This document shows, one piece after another, positions 19,301-27,600 of a stretch of 64,000 nucleotides of DNA. The DNA comes from an uncultured Hungatella sp. (GTDB lineage Bacteria > Bacillota > Clostridia > Lachnospirales > Lachnospiraceae). The position numbers were made by a program, and so were the translations under genes. The notes beneath the pieces were generated by a model. That model did no database searches. It saw only the letters and a list, made by a program, of their open reading frames with translations, and was not told the origin of the DNA. Within the stretch, counting starts at the first letter, position 1, and every line of letters starts with the position of its first letter. The stretch lies in the NCBI GenBank assembly GCA_910585645.1, contig CAJUFP010000002.1:23170-87169 (forward strand). Reading direction: 5' to 3'.

Positions 19301-22300
19301 CCGGTGGAAGAATCCTTCCGTATGGGCACTTCCTGACTCCGCAAGCACCACCGGCTTTCCCGTGCGGTTGCTCTCTGATAAGTTCTTCCCTGTCCTGGAA
19401 AGTTCGTACCCTTCGGAACGGGAAATCTCCTCCACATAATAACTGCCAAGCAGCAGGGGCCGCCCAATCCAACCATTCCCGTTCTTCTCTACGTTGTCAG
19501 AATAGAGATTCGGCACATCCTTAGAGGTCTCCGAAGTCTCCGTGATAACCACAAAAGAAGCGTCCCCGTTTTTGTCCGTAGCAGCAATGGAGACCAGCTC
19601 TCCCGCCGAGAACACTTTCCCGGTCTTCCCATCCGGGTGGATGATGTCCTCCACTGCATAAAGCCCGTACACGGCTCCCTCCAAAGTAGCGTCTGCCTGG
19701 GATTTCCCGTAGCTGTCCTCCCCATCCTGCTCATAAAGCTCCATATCCCGCTTATTAATATGAAGCTCTCCCTCTGTTCGGTGGTCCCTTACCACATAGG
19801 AATATCCGGTGTAATCAGACGGATAAGACGACTGACTAATAGGCGGCACTTCGCTTTCCTCCTGGACTCCGTCCCACTCCCAGCTTCCGCCGGAGCCGTC
19901 CCCCTCTTCGTCATCATCCTCTGATATCCCCATAGGACGGTTCACAGCAAAGAATGAGGGAACCGCATTGGAAGGCGTGGCAAAGTCAAACCATTCCCTG
20001 GCATTAGAAGCTGTAGCAGGAACCAAGTCATTGATTAACTCCATGTCCTGTTCTTCATCCTGCCACTCCGGTTCCTCCATTTCCTTCTCAGATGTTTCCT
20101 GGGAATCCTTGCCCTTATCAGCGCTTCCTGGCTGAACCTGGCCGGATTCTTCCGGCTCCGCTTCTGTTGGCATGATCTCCGGTTCTGTTTCCTCTATGGA
20201 TTCCTCCTCTGCCTTTTCCGATTCCTCCTGTTCTGCTTTATCTGCCTCATCTTTCTCCAATTCCTCATTACCAAAGTTCGGAGTGCCGGATTGGGATTCA
20301 TTTGCTACCGTTCCCTTCTCTTCAGTCTTATCCAGCTGTTCACTGCCTTCCTGCCGTTCCTCCTTCTGAGTTGATTTTACCTTTACTGCTTCTGACTCAA
20401 CTGTTTTCGCTTTATCATCCGCGATTCTTCCCGGCTCTGATTCCATTTCACCTGATTTTATTCCCATTCTCTTTGTCTCATCAGGCTCCATTTCTCCCGT
20501 CTCTGATTTCGTTCCGCCGCTTTCCCTTTTCTCCATGGCCCCGGCGTCATTTCTTTTCCCCAAATCCATTCTTTCTTTTTCAGAACCTGTTTCCGAAGAT
20601 TCCACGGCCGCCTGAACCAGTTTCCGTTCCTTCAAAGACAGACTCACCTTCGGAGTTTCCAGAGTTTCTGCCGATTCCGCACCATTTCTCCCATTTTCCT
20701 CTTTCTTATTCCCCGGATAATGGCCGGTAATCTCCCCGTCTCCCTCCGCCTGGGAAGACATAAACTCCACAATCTCAACAGGAAGATCATCATTGTGCAG
20801 GTCATGAAGAATATAGCCCTTCCTTGCCTGAATCTCCCGCACCGTATAAATCCTCTTTAAATGGATAAACGTCTCCCACGCCTGATTCCGGTCAGCCTCC
20901 ATATCATCCCTGGCTGCGCCCTCATCAATAGAGTGGAAATCACAGTTCTGCTCACACCAGTCCACACACTTCTGCCAGGCCTCCCAGGCTTCCCGTTCCA
21001 GACGTTCATTTTCCTCATCCGCCTCATCATCCTCCCCATCACTCTCCACATAATGAATGATTGGGTCCGGGTGGCCGCCGCAATAGGTTTTCGTGTAGTC
21101 ATAGGTCTTCTGATCCGAATGCTCAAAGTGGCCGTTGCCGTCCGTGGTAATCTCACTCTGGCACACACTTAAACTTTCAAATCCCCCTTCCGATGTAGCC
21201 ACACTTTTACGAAACTGTTCTTCCTCCAGGTTCGTCCCGTCAAGCTGGGAAAAATCAAACTGCTCCAGAATCTCAAAGGCAGAATCCTCCAGGGTCTTCC
21301 CCGTCTCATCGCACTGCTTTTCCAGCTCTATCTTATAATCCCTTTTAAAAGTCTCCTCATGAAGATACTGGGTATAAGGAATCTCATAGCTTCCGTCCCC
21401 GGTTTCCGTATGGGTATTCCCTTTTCCAAAGGACAGCCATACCTCCCAGGTCTGCTGCTCCCCAGCCATGGTGATCATAGCCTGCTTTCCCTCCACCGCG
21501 CTGCCCTCTGTCCAGCCATCGGGATACCAGATCTTAAAGGTATTGGGCTTCACCCAGTATTTCGCGCCTCCGGAACCCTCCTCAAAATGCCCCTTCACCA
21601 GACCAATATCCGGGTTTCCAGTGGTACAGATGAATGTCACCCCGTCTGTCTCCCTTGTAAAACTCCACCCTTCCGGCAGATCGTAGACTAAGGTAGACTG
21701 CCGCCAGTCAAAACCCTCACCATATTTCAATGAAATGTTGTAGGTTCCGTCATCATTCTGAGTCATCTCATGTACAGGAGCCGTACTCTTATATTTAGAG
21801 GCAAACGGCGGTACAGCCCCTTCCTCCACCGCTCCATTGGTCTGGTTAAAAAACTGCTCCAAGGCCCCTCTTGTCTGTGCCGCCAGAACCGGACTTTTCA
21901 GATTCGCCATAAGAACTTCCATCTGATTTCTGAAATCATCCAGCCCTGCCCAGTTCCCGGACATAATCGCCCAGGTAGCACACTGGCCAAGGATATAATG
22001 GCCCTGCCCCACTTTTCCCACGTTACTCTGATAGCCCTCAAAGTTTCCCGAAGAGGACAAGGCATACCACAAAATCTCCGCCTCCTCCCTGGTTAACCCA
22101 AGTGGCAGGTTATCCCCATCCAAATCCAGGTCATAGGTTACAAGAGTTCCTCCTGTCCCGGTACGCATAGACTTGTTTGGTTCCAGACAATAGCCAGGAG
22201 CCGGCCGGCCTCCCTCCACATTCGTCAAGCCATAGGGCCATAAACCCACCCGGTTATGGTTTTTTCCGTAGAAAGGAAAACTGGCTCCCGGCTTTAACAG

Positions 22301-22471
22301 GTTGCTGGAATCATAATAAGCAAAGCTGCTGCTCCTTCCCTGTGTCTCCGCCCCAAAAGCAGAGATAGAACCTAAATCCAGACCCAAAAAAGGCTGAACC
22401 GTAAGAATCACTGCCAATAAAAAGGCGATTCCACGTTTCAGCCTCTGAAAAAGATGATTAAATCGTGTCAT
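10355..22471 (-). CDS. Giant cell-surface adhesin: thioester domain + acidic linker + SpaA/CnaB-type isopeptide-domain array + internal sortase signal, read through into a second secreted module
   Basis: ATG at 22471 (MTRFNHLFQRLKRG, GAGGGA RBS). Signal peptide present. Thioester-type Cys in GYCLEP (about 22189) and Gln in GQCATWAI (about 21985). D/E-rich region. At least 14 units with L.GA.(F/L).L ... Y.L.E..AP.GY. LHAPKTGD + TM + RRKRKK at 11609-11725, then 417 further in-frame codons to the stop at 10355. Confidence 0.85.
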   Translation of the reverse strand: MTRFNHLFQRLKRGIAFLLAVILTVQPFLGLDLGSISAFGAETQGRSSSFAYYDSSNLLKPGASFPFYGKNHNRVGLWPYGLTNVEGGRPAPGYCLEPNKSMRTGTGGTLVTYDLDLDGDNLPLGLTREEAEILWYALSSSGNFEGYQSNVGKVGQGHYILGQCATWAIMSGNWAGLDDFRNQMEVLMANLKSPVLAAQTRGALEQFFNQTNGAVEEGAVPPFASKYKSTAPVHEMTQNDDGTYNISLKYGEGFDWRQSTLVYDLPEGWSFTRETDGVTFICTTGNPDIGLVKGHFEEGSGGAKYWVKPNTFKIWYPDGWTEGSAVEGKQAMITMAGEQQTWEVWLSFGKGNTHTETGDGSYEIPYTQYLHEETFKRDYKIELEKQCDETGKTLEDSAFEILEQFDFSQLDGTNLEEEQFRKSVATSEGGFESLSVCQSEITTDGNGHFEHSDQKTYDYTKTYCGGHPDPIIHYVESDGEDDEADEENERLEREAWEAWQKCVDWCEQNCDFHSIDEGAARDDMEADRNQAWETFIHLKRIYTVREIQARKGYILHDLHNDDLPVEIVEFMSSQAEGDGEITGHYPGNKKEENGRNGAESAETLETPKVSLSLKERKLVQAAVESSETGSEKERMDLGKRNDAGAMEKRESGGTKSETGEMEPDETKRMGIKSGEMESEPGRIADDKAKTVESEAVKVKSTQKEERQEGSEQLDKTEEKGTVANESQSGTPNFGNEELEKDEADKAEQEESEKAEEESIEETEPEIMPTEAEPEESGQVQPGSADKGKDSQETSEKEMEEPEWQDEEQDMELINDLVPATASNAREWFDFATPSNAVPSFFAVNRPMGISEDDDEEGDGSGGSWEWDGVQEESEVPPISQSSYPSDYTGYSYVVRDHRTEGELHINKRDMELYEQDGEDSYGKSQADATLEGAVYGLYAVEDIIHPDGKTGKVFSAGELVSIAATDKNGDASFVVITETSETSKDVPNLYSDNVEKNGNGWIGRPLLLGSYYVEEISRSEGYELSRTGKNLSESNRTGKPVVLAESGSAHTEGFFHRINEWEGNSYDFTVDYFNTKGFDVFLSGLPEGVTVYEVTEKEGTKTEQVATGSSRVEKRDSAGNIIYQTAKGGEYKLDGDGNKIIKKDSQENVVYSDKPFMETVTAVNRLNRYVSAIEREAPSDMGLEESGAMNQNYILQEVSSALLNSGYKGGLTDGPWTLLKLSGQTNGERIEEVLQYCASDSFWDAYEVDEISQRGGSWYAKIRYGYKGIGNRNAIYDKGTGRLVVRREYENGYYYVVYEADQYERDGYRFTVEKRELDREALEAGEIRLKTVYSPVYETYMEGEFILDSQGQKVPVMETVPQYTTQETLTFEEILTPVKVSYDRDRKCSVVHVDTSGENFGTENSKKTFRVVVDGEISRYREAAVNVSTRKEELDEGSYVKYAVLLYPGQYQVYEDSDTRVSPIVVLERVIKQAIKVTKDIALDSYEHNTYEIHRDPFTVLFGGYNGKQETKTLPGFYFKLYLRSDLEKTGKLKEKEDGSYDYEGFFKENPIFASDLALEWDMEKYDVDGDMTTVHASRGGGSDDYWGQSRMLPYGVYVLVEQQPTAIPQKAYAIDSPKEVEIPFIPQVDKDGTVHDKVPDRSYLYDSRLTPEQLMERYQIRFNEESHIIYAHNHDGDFEVFKYGLEPDRVRDCQNETVAAYYHYGSVSEDAGTKDGVYYETYYDRDGKITDYGVTLDGVETMTGKSTAVDRKFAKALIPWSVLDPRYGEVINDNGDIGNREPGHEGNGGFNFVSFSNTDFENELYSSRLRIEKLDSETGENILHDGALFKIYAAKRDVSGDGADGVTGSGDILFDGNGVPLYDEKEQIFMQDDTGAEVGIFKAYSTVRDGEVTGPDGSVHTEKQTVGYLETYQPLGAGAYVLVEVEAPAGYVKSKPIAFTVYSDKVEYYEEGNKDKKVQAVKYQYMRPVGADGKTVAEDMHQIVVKDAPTRIEIHKVEKRQDSLTYRVEGTEEQLKARGDVELQYRPNGEFAGVGFVTKRLEEKGNPYVANATLTLYEGLEVKRTGEHGYEGVKVTRNLFDSVTDITAYETGVDTDIRKTGTDKNKREEWDITQEKNPPVKLWRFDLDYDPTELDTETGILYGLDDWGNRLCMVDSETGMAYVTDSNGAVIVWPLDENGDKIISQSVEVFVDENGKQTINTDLKPVADENGLPVYYEDGGVIWLENEWVTPEEGAFEIARVKQGAYILEETAAPLADGYVQSVALGLIVRDTGELQSFTMEDDYTKLEVSKLDMTSREEIEGAALTLYEAYRVYDDSDRGWHLEILRDMDGKEIVAETWVSEGGKPHWIDHIMPGDYILREIRVPTEAGYVTSEDVEVTILETGEVQGFAMEDDHTAVEVLKTDAVTGKAMDNEHRAELALYPAVLNEAGEPLYDENGKIRYDGEKAVYKWQTDDGSEVRKTAHSVTVPGGHSYTAYDYEVERIPGTKQAVCYVTETGALRFEYLPVGKYVLVEEKAPVGYLLADPVYVPVLDVGAKERVQSFTMEDKPIRVLLSKVNVAGGKELAGATVSVYRAKEDGGIPKEQMKDEAGNLLFVTDTEGNLLRDDKGELIPAMEYDEAYLVDRWISGADGRYTKKDLEEGRIPDGYEVGDLRPHELQNPVAGSYYFVEEQTPFGYVRAVELPFAIVDTMEVQRFELVDELVMGRIEIVKADEKRTEEKLEGARFKFTNLDTNVSVILITDNEGQAVSSEVPVGSIGEDGAVSLYRFSVQEVKAPEGYLLDTRVHTFQFNVNTDRYRRLTYEYQALDAPSKVIISKKALTTKEELLGASLEVRKVTETSGEDGEIVKVEGDVVEAWVSTDEPHEIEYLMPGEYVLIETRAPEGYLVAEKVYFTVKENMTVEEIPLVEMFDDDTKTEIVKADSESKEPLAGAKLQLISVVDGKVIREWVTDETGTKEFLGLPAGEYLVKELEAPEGYQLPKEPFKLTVVKDYRVQTFTLENRKIEVSMEKRDMETREFVAGAVLELWNEKGEKVAGWTTGEKPEKILGLMPGKYMLKEVKAPEGYLVLSKPQEIVVTNVPGVQTFVVVNQKLEVDVVKKDKESGKLLTGASMRLVRNSDQAVIREWVSGQVPEVFQGLAPGSYTLEERKAPEGYAVAKSLTFEVTETEAKKEVVVEDERITVDFRKTDGVSGEPLEGAVLQLVEKAGTKDETVIREWVSGKEPERFVGLHAGTYVIREKKAPVGFVLMKDLVVEIREDQAVQTVVIRNQPIQAEIGKSDGDSGKLLGGATLQLVRNRDGKVIREWVSREGQAEAFKGLESGRYTVRELKAPSGYRKMEPQEIEVKETEGVQEFVVKNYKIRHSGGGGGGDRPKPEREYMELYKVDGATGKQLAGATITVYKPDGSVYFEGVTGADGTVRFKKPGSGSYVFKETKAPEGYYLNGNVYQFVVGTDGKVAGEDTVPDYKKTTVIISKEDVTTSEELPGAEIEITDKDGNKVFEGTSDENGKVYFEVPEPGEYHFREVVAPEGYELNETVFTFTVFEDGTIIGDCTITDRKHYGRITASYETKRKGDGDVAVGELLHAPKTGDTSGLAGLFVVWLASVAGLVGMVLWRRKRKKGDDGTPPGGGGASDGLGRRWKEIGKKGNRGKDCEKHGNQAGKRRNSGLGEFAKKEMGNVGRAGEFIRRSGAFLLAVFLAAGVPAFTVKAASNTEGEVLENLYEEHQYVTENPDSDEAQKLFEKEIERDGTAYRLSEIRTEVVKEEQARGSEETLEVTSSPFLKDVAETYKPGETYEKDGVVYRLEGSWIEEMAIPAHEVPVTEEVVYEAVEALDRIPSKISVTVTDEGTGQEMEVVAAADRQVSGEERWEDTFSFPVTFHEYGLEGYWLGDRVFTLDGDVPDFTGYEKELLALIGASEEDYQVDSVSWDGEAYEDGNGIRCRNAVAKGKKLVRDCTVTYVGRAVFPEEMGARYVSAYVKEGGSETGTVQYTMKAVGVYVPKKGNGMALAAVIGITGVGAGAGTAGYVHYRKKRRMGAA
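11609..11725 (-). other. Internal cell-wall sorting signal (APKTG motif + TM helix + RRKRKK)
   Basis: Codons 3595-3633 of the track ORF: LHAPKTGDTSGLAGLFVVWLASVAGLVGMVLWRRKRKKG. (S/P)PXTG-like motifs are class B sortase substrates in clostridia. Confidence 0.7.
11830..17060 (-). repeat. Protein-level tandem array of SpaA/CnaB-like domains within the adhesin
   Basis: Recurrent ~75-100-aa units. The five most similar lie at about 12400-13740, for example ...GK(L)L.GA.(L/M)(Q/R)LV....VIREWVSG..PE.F.GL..G.Y...E.KAP.GY. Confidence 0.7.
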
Positions 22472-22567
22472 ATTTTCCCTCATTTCCAAAAGAAAAGGCA
22501 CACCCACGTCCGCAGATGTGCCTGATCACTATATTTTATTTTTTGATTCCCCACTCCATGGAGTGGT

Positions 22568-23458
22568 TTAATTATATTTCGGATTCTGAATCTGAATCCC
22601 ACAGTTTGCACAAGGCCGCCCTGTCTCCCGGTTTCCGAAGGTATTTTTATGCCCACAATACGGACATTCCGCCTTCTGCCTCCCAAGGTAAAAATCTGCA
22701 GAAGTCCCAATGGTAGAAGCGTCAATCACCATGTCCTCTCCGTCCACATAAACCGCATTCCACATATGGGCTCCATCCTCCCGGATTCCACATTTCAGGC
22801 CCACCACATTGGCAAGCAGCTTATAGGTCCTGGCAAAACCAACACATTTTCCGGTTCCTGTAACAAGGATACTGTATGCCTCATCATCCGCCTGCACATA
22901 TTTTCCCTCATGATAGACTGCCCTGCCTGTGATCTCCTCATAAACCTTCTTTGCCTTTTCATAATCACTGGCTCCATAGTCGAATCCGGTCAAAAACCTG
23001 CAGACTTCCTCATATACGGCCTTATTCTTTTCGGAAAGCTCTGAAACAGGAATAATTCCCCTGACCGCCGACATCACCAGAGTATCATTTACCCCGGCAT
23101 AATCTGTTGTTTCATCAAAGATAAACGTCTGCCACTTCGGGTCATAAAAATACGGACAGTTATCATAAGGCGTTCTCACATACCCTCCCGTAACCTGTTT
23201 CTCCGTCACCCAGCTTCCATCCCTGCCTACCAGATACCCGTCCGGCGTGGTAGTATCCGCCATCATAATCCCGTTCCCATCCAGATAATAATACACGCCC
23301 TGATCCAGAACCCACTCCGACCTGGCATAATTCCCCTCATCCTTCCGATAACGCCATCCCGAAGACGTCTCCTCAAAGGTTTCCGCAAACACAGATATTG
23401 GACACCCAAACACCAGCAGACAAAGAATCACCAGACTCCATAAATTCCTTTTGTTCAT
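22568..23458 (-). CDS. Secreted transglutaminase-like cysteine protease-fold protein with cell-wall-binding repeats
   Basis: Signal peptide. GW/YYYLDGNG choline-binding-type repeats. GTGKCVGFA (Cys) ... HMWNAV (His) ... D core. ATG at 23458 with a GGAGG RBS. Confidence 0.65.
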   Translation of the reverse strand: MNKRNLWSLVILCLLVFGCPISVFAETFEETSSGWRYRKDEGNYARSEWVLDQGVYYYLDGNGIMMADTTTPDGYLVGRDGSWVTEKQVTGGYVRTPYDNCPYFYDPKWQTFIFDETTDYAGVNDTLVMSAVRGIIPVSELSEKNKAVYEEVCRFLTGFDYGASDYEKAKKVYEEITGRAVYHEGKYVQADDEAYSILVTGTGKCVGFARTYKLLANVVGLKCGIREDGAHMWNAVYVDGEDMVIDASTIGTSADFYLGRQKAECPYCGHKNTFGNRETGRPCANCGIQIQNPKYN

Positions 23459-23550
23459 GCAAAACACCTCCTTCTGTAATCATCATATCGAATCCGGTCA
23501 TTCAATGTCGAGGGCATTCCAGATTTATTTTCTTACGGAAGTCTTAAGAT

Positions 23551-23600
23551 TAAAAAGAGGAAAGCTCAACCCTCACAAGTTAAGACTTCCCTCTTTTCAT
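23551..23600 (-). terminator. Putative intrinsic terminator after the zeta-like toxin gene
   Basis: Minus strand reads aaagagggaag...ctttcctcttttt. It is embedded in a larger inverted repeat, 23537-23547 / 23580-23590. Confidence 0.45.
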
Positions 23601-23665
23601 CAAATACTATGCCTTTTCCCATCCTACTTCATGACAAGCTTACACCACATAATCTGCTGCTCTGC

Positions 23666-24346
23666 TTACTGGTTTTCCTTTCTCATTTCCTTAATCATCT
23701 CCACGACATCCTGTTCATCTCTCAGGCCAGCCTTCTCAGCCTCACCCCAGAATGCTTCCTGTGTCTCCTGCCAAATAGCCATAAACCCATCATCCAGCCA
23801 CTTCCTATACCACATCGGGACATTCCGGGATACTTTTATGGCCTCACCATTTTTATATATGGCAAATCTCCTGAACTGGGCCGTATTGTCATATAACGCT
23901 GCCAGATCACAGAATCCCAAAACCTTTTTCAGATTCTTCAGACTCTCTTCATACCGCCTGTCAACATCCTGGTCAGGAATCCCATGGCCTCCCATTTTTA
24001 CCCGCTGGGCAATGCGCTGCTTAGCAATCTGCGAGGAATCCACTCCCACATAATGCATTTCGATCATATATCCGGCCTCTTTTGCCCTCTGTATGGTTTT
24101 TATAATTGAATGGCCACATAGGGTTGTCTCCTGATTAAAAGCAACCCCCTGCAATAAATAATCATTAAGACGGGCCACCGCGATTTTGCCCGCCTTCATC
24201 AAATCAGAAGTATTCCTCCAGTCCCCAAACTCCCGAAGAATCTCATCCGTGTTAATCCTGGGCATGCTGTTTTTATATCGGGTAGTCCGGTATAATGTGG
24301 ATTTTCCGACGCCATTTACTCCAGCATATAAAATATACCGCTTCAT
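23666..24346 (-). CDS. Zeta-toxin-family P-loop kinase
   Basis: Walker A GVNGVGKST at the N-terminus and an NQETTLCG motif. Starts immediately after the stop of a 61-aa ORF. Confidence 0.65.
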   Translation of the reverse strand: MKRYILYAGVNGVGKSTLYRTTRYKNSMPRINTDEILREFGDWRNTSDLMKAGKIAVARLNDYLLQGVAFNQETTLCGHSIIKTIQRAKEAGYMIEMHYVGVDSSQIAKQRIAQRVKMGGHGIPDQDVDRRYEESLKNLKKVLGFCDLAALYDNTAQFRRFAIYKNGEAIKVSRNVPMWYRKWLDDGFMAIWQETQEAFWGEAEKAGLRDEQDVVEMIKEMRKENQ

Positions 24347-24532
24347 TTAGAACTCCTTCTGGGCAATGACTTCTCTCTGCTTCCTCTGAAGAATGAAATC
24401 ACTTAACAGTGAAAAGAACTCTCCCTCTTCCTCTGTCTCCGCATTCAGCACCAGTTCCATGGTTTCCTCTATATCCATATCCCTGCATGTATTGTATAAT
24501 TTTTTTGCTGCCTCTATCCCGGACATAACCAC
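24347..24532 (-). CDS. Putative cognate antitoxin (epsilon-like position, 61 aa, acidic)
   Basis: Directly abuts the zeta-like gene (stop at 24347, toxin ATG at 24346). Small and acidic. Assigned by position only. Confidence 0.45.
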   Translation of the reverse strand: MVMSGIEAAKKLYNTCRDMDIEETMELVLNAETEEEGEFFSLLSDFILQRKQREVIAQKEF

Positions 24533-24621
24533 ACCTCCTCATATCCAACAGCCATTCACCATACCACTTCTTAACCTATTATACACAAAACAGGGCCAAA
24601 TGAAAAGTACCGGTTAACATG

Positions 24622-27600
24622 TTACTGCACCCACACCCCCTTCCCATCCACCTGATACCCGTCCGGCGTCTTCCGGTTCACAAACATGGCTCCCCTGGTC
24701 CCGTCAGAAACCGTATTAAAATAATACCATTTCCCTTCAATCAGGTTCCACCCCGTAACCATGCGCCCCTTCGTGCCGTCACTCACAGGGTTCAAATAAT
24801 ACACATGCCTGTCCGTATCCGTAAACCACCCGGTCTCCATATACCCACGCTCATCAAAATGATACCACTCCAGCACGCCATTATAGCTCAACTGCTTCCA
24901 GCAGGCCTTCGGATAGCTTCCGTCCTGATACTGATACCACCAGCCTGTAGAATCCTGCTTCCAGCTCCCCTGTACCTGTCCCACAGCCCCCGGACCACCT
25001 GACGCAGTTGACGATCCTCTATAAGAACTGCCGGAACCTCTTCCGGAAGAACTCCCTCCGGAGCTTCCTCCTGAACTGCCTCCGGAAGAAGTACCAGGAC
25101 GTGTGGTCTGGTCTGTCGTCTTAAACTCTACCTTCACCTTACACTGGGCCGTCTTCTGCCCGTCCTCCGTAGTCACCGTCACCACGGTCTCCTTGCTCCC
25201 GGCCGCCGTAGACAAGGCATAACGGTTCTTTGCCAGATTGGCTGCGTCCTTAGCCTCCAGATCAAGAATCCATTTGCCGTCCCGCTTAACCGTCACCGCA
25301 CCGTCTGCCGAGACAGAAGCCACCGTACTGTCCGCCACACTGTATTTCACTGCCTTGTTCTGGGCCTCTGCCGGCGCCACCACAGCCCCGATCCTCTGAG
25401 CCCCTGTCACCTTGTACTCAACCTTGGGGCTGGTCCGGCTCCCGGTTAGAACCTTCTCCACAGAAAAATTCAACTCCGCCTGATTTACCGACACCTTCTC
25501 CACACGAACCACCGTCCGGTCCACAGTCTTAAAAGACAAGTTCACCGCACACACCGCCTGCTTCTCCCCGTCTTTAGTGGTAACCGTCACATAAGACGAC
25601 CGACTGCCCGCCGCCTCCTGTTTCGCGTAAGGATTCTCCTTGTTCTTCTCCTTCTCCGCCTCAATCAGATCCCCAATCCACTTGGCATTCTCCCTGGCGC
25701 TCACCATGCCCTCCTGGTCCACACGCAGCACATCCGAATCCCCTGGGCTCCAGATCACTTCCTTATTATCCGCATACTCCGGCGAAATAGTTTCATACAA
25801 CCGCCTGGAAGGAGTAACCGTATAACTTTCCTTCGGATTCCTCCGGTCCCCCTCCAGAGTTCTGGTAATCTCAAAAGCCAGTTCCGCCTGGTCCAGCTTC
25901 ACATCCGCCACCGGAACCACCGTATCATCCGTGATCCTAAAATCCACCGTCACAAACGCGCTTGCCCTTTTCTGCCCTGCCTCCGTTGTCACGGTCACTG
26001 TGGCATAATCCTTTGCTTCCGTAGTAATCTTCTTAGACGGATACAATTCCTGATTGGCCACCCCGGCCTTAATCAGTTCCTGAATCCATTTGGCCGACTG
26101 ATTGACAGATACCTCCCCATTCTCATCCACCTTGATGATATCTGTGGAAGAACCATCCGTATCCTTCACATTCCAGACCACGTTCTTATTAGCCGCCGAA
26201 TCTGGAATAATGGCAGCGGTCAGCCTCTGCGGGTCCGTCACCTTCCAGCCGATCTGGGGATTCCACCGGGAACCGCTCCGAATCTGCTCCACCTCAAAGA
26301 CCAGTTCCCCCTTGTCCAGCACCACGCCATTCGTCATGGCACGATACTGAGCCGAAATGGTAATGTTCTCCTCCGGCATAGTAAATGCCACCTCCGAAGC
26401 ATTGGCAGGAATCAGCTCCTTCGTGTCAAAATCATCCGCCGTCCACATCAAAGAATCCGGCACCAGTTCATAGTAAACCGGCGGCTCCGCCTCCCCCTGA
26501 TTCACCGGGCTTGTGTACACCAGAACCTTGGTCCCCGCTGCCACTGCCCCCGGATTAGCCCAGTCAATCTCCTTAGCAAAGTTATTCTGCGCCTCCAGAA
26601 CCGAAAGCTTCCCATGGTCAATGGCAGGAACAGACACCAGATACCCTCTTACCGGGTCCCCCGTCTTGCTTGAGGCCACATGGTGAACGTTCTCCTTCCC
26701 AATTCCCAGAACCCCTTCCTCCAGCTCCTCATAAAAATACCGGCTGGTCTGCTTGGTAAATCCCCCCATCTGATAAAGGCTGAAATCCCTCTGGTTAGAA
26801 TAATAAGCCCCAATATGGTGTTCCAGGCGGATCTGGGGCGTCAGCTTGTTCCCAAAGGGATTCAGGGAATACTTGTCCTCACTGTCCGTATACAGATAGG
26901 CCAGGTCATCCCCTAATTCCACTGTCCCACTCTCAATGAATCCCACAAACAGCCCCGCTGTCTTCAAGGTACTGGAAGTAGAAGCCCCAATGGTTCCCGC
27001 AAACCTCCCGTTCTTCACCTGACCGCTCTGGAGCCTTCCAACCAAACCTCCGATGTAATCCGCAGAAGTGCTTCCCACCTTGCCTTCCACATAGGAGTTG
27101 TACACCTCCGTTTCATAAATATTTCCCGCAATACCCCCTACATATCCTTCCGAATACAGGGCGCTGTAGCTGTCCGTGGTATCGCTGGTACAGTCACTGA
27201 TAAAAGAGCCCTGGGCCGACCCACAGATTCCCCCTGCAAATGCCTCTTCACTTCCGCTGGTATCCGTACCACCCAAAACTCCCGCTGTATTGACACACTC
27301 CAGAATCGCGCTGTCATAGGCCTCCCCCACAACACCGCCCATAACGCCGGTTCCCCGGACCTGCCCTTTCACGCTGCAGTTTCGGATTGTGCTGTCATTA
27401 CTTTCCCCGGCCAGAACCCCTGCCTTGCTGCGGGCGTTCACCTGTCCGTCCACCACCAGATTCTCAACCGTGGCCCCATGAAGACTTCCAAAGAGCCCCG
27501 CATAATCCTGGGTCGTATCACTGATCTTCAGATTGTACACCCGGTATCCCTGGCCGTCAAAATTCCCCTTAAACGGCTTCGGCTCCGAATCTCCCAGTTC

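Noticed and set aside
10193-22368. Dozens of plus-strand ORFs (up to 353 aa) inside the adhesin gene, and similar antisense ORFs inside the VirB4, VirD4, DltA-like and GLUG-protein genes
   Set aside because: They are Pro/Ser/His/Arg-rich low-complexity translations of the antisense strand of long, well-supported minus-strand genes. They have no RBS and no recognisable motifs. They are open-frame artefacts of codon bias.
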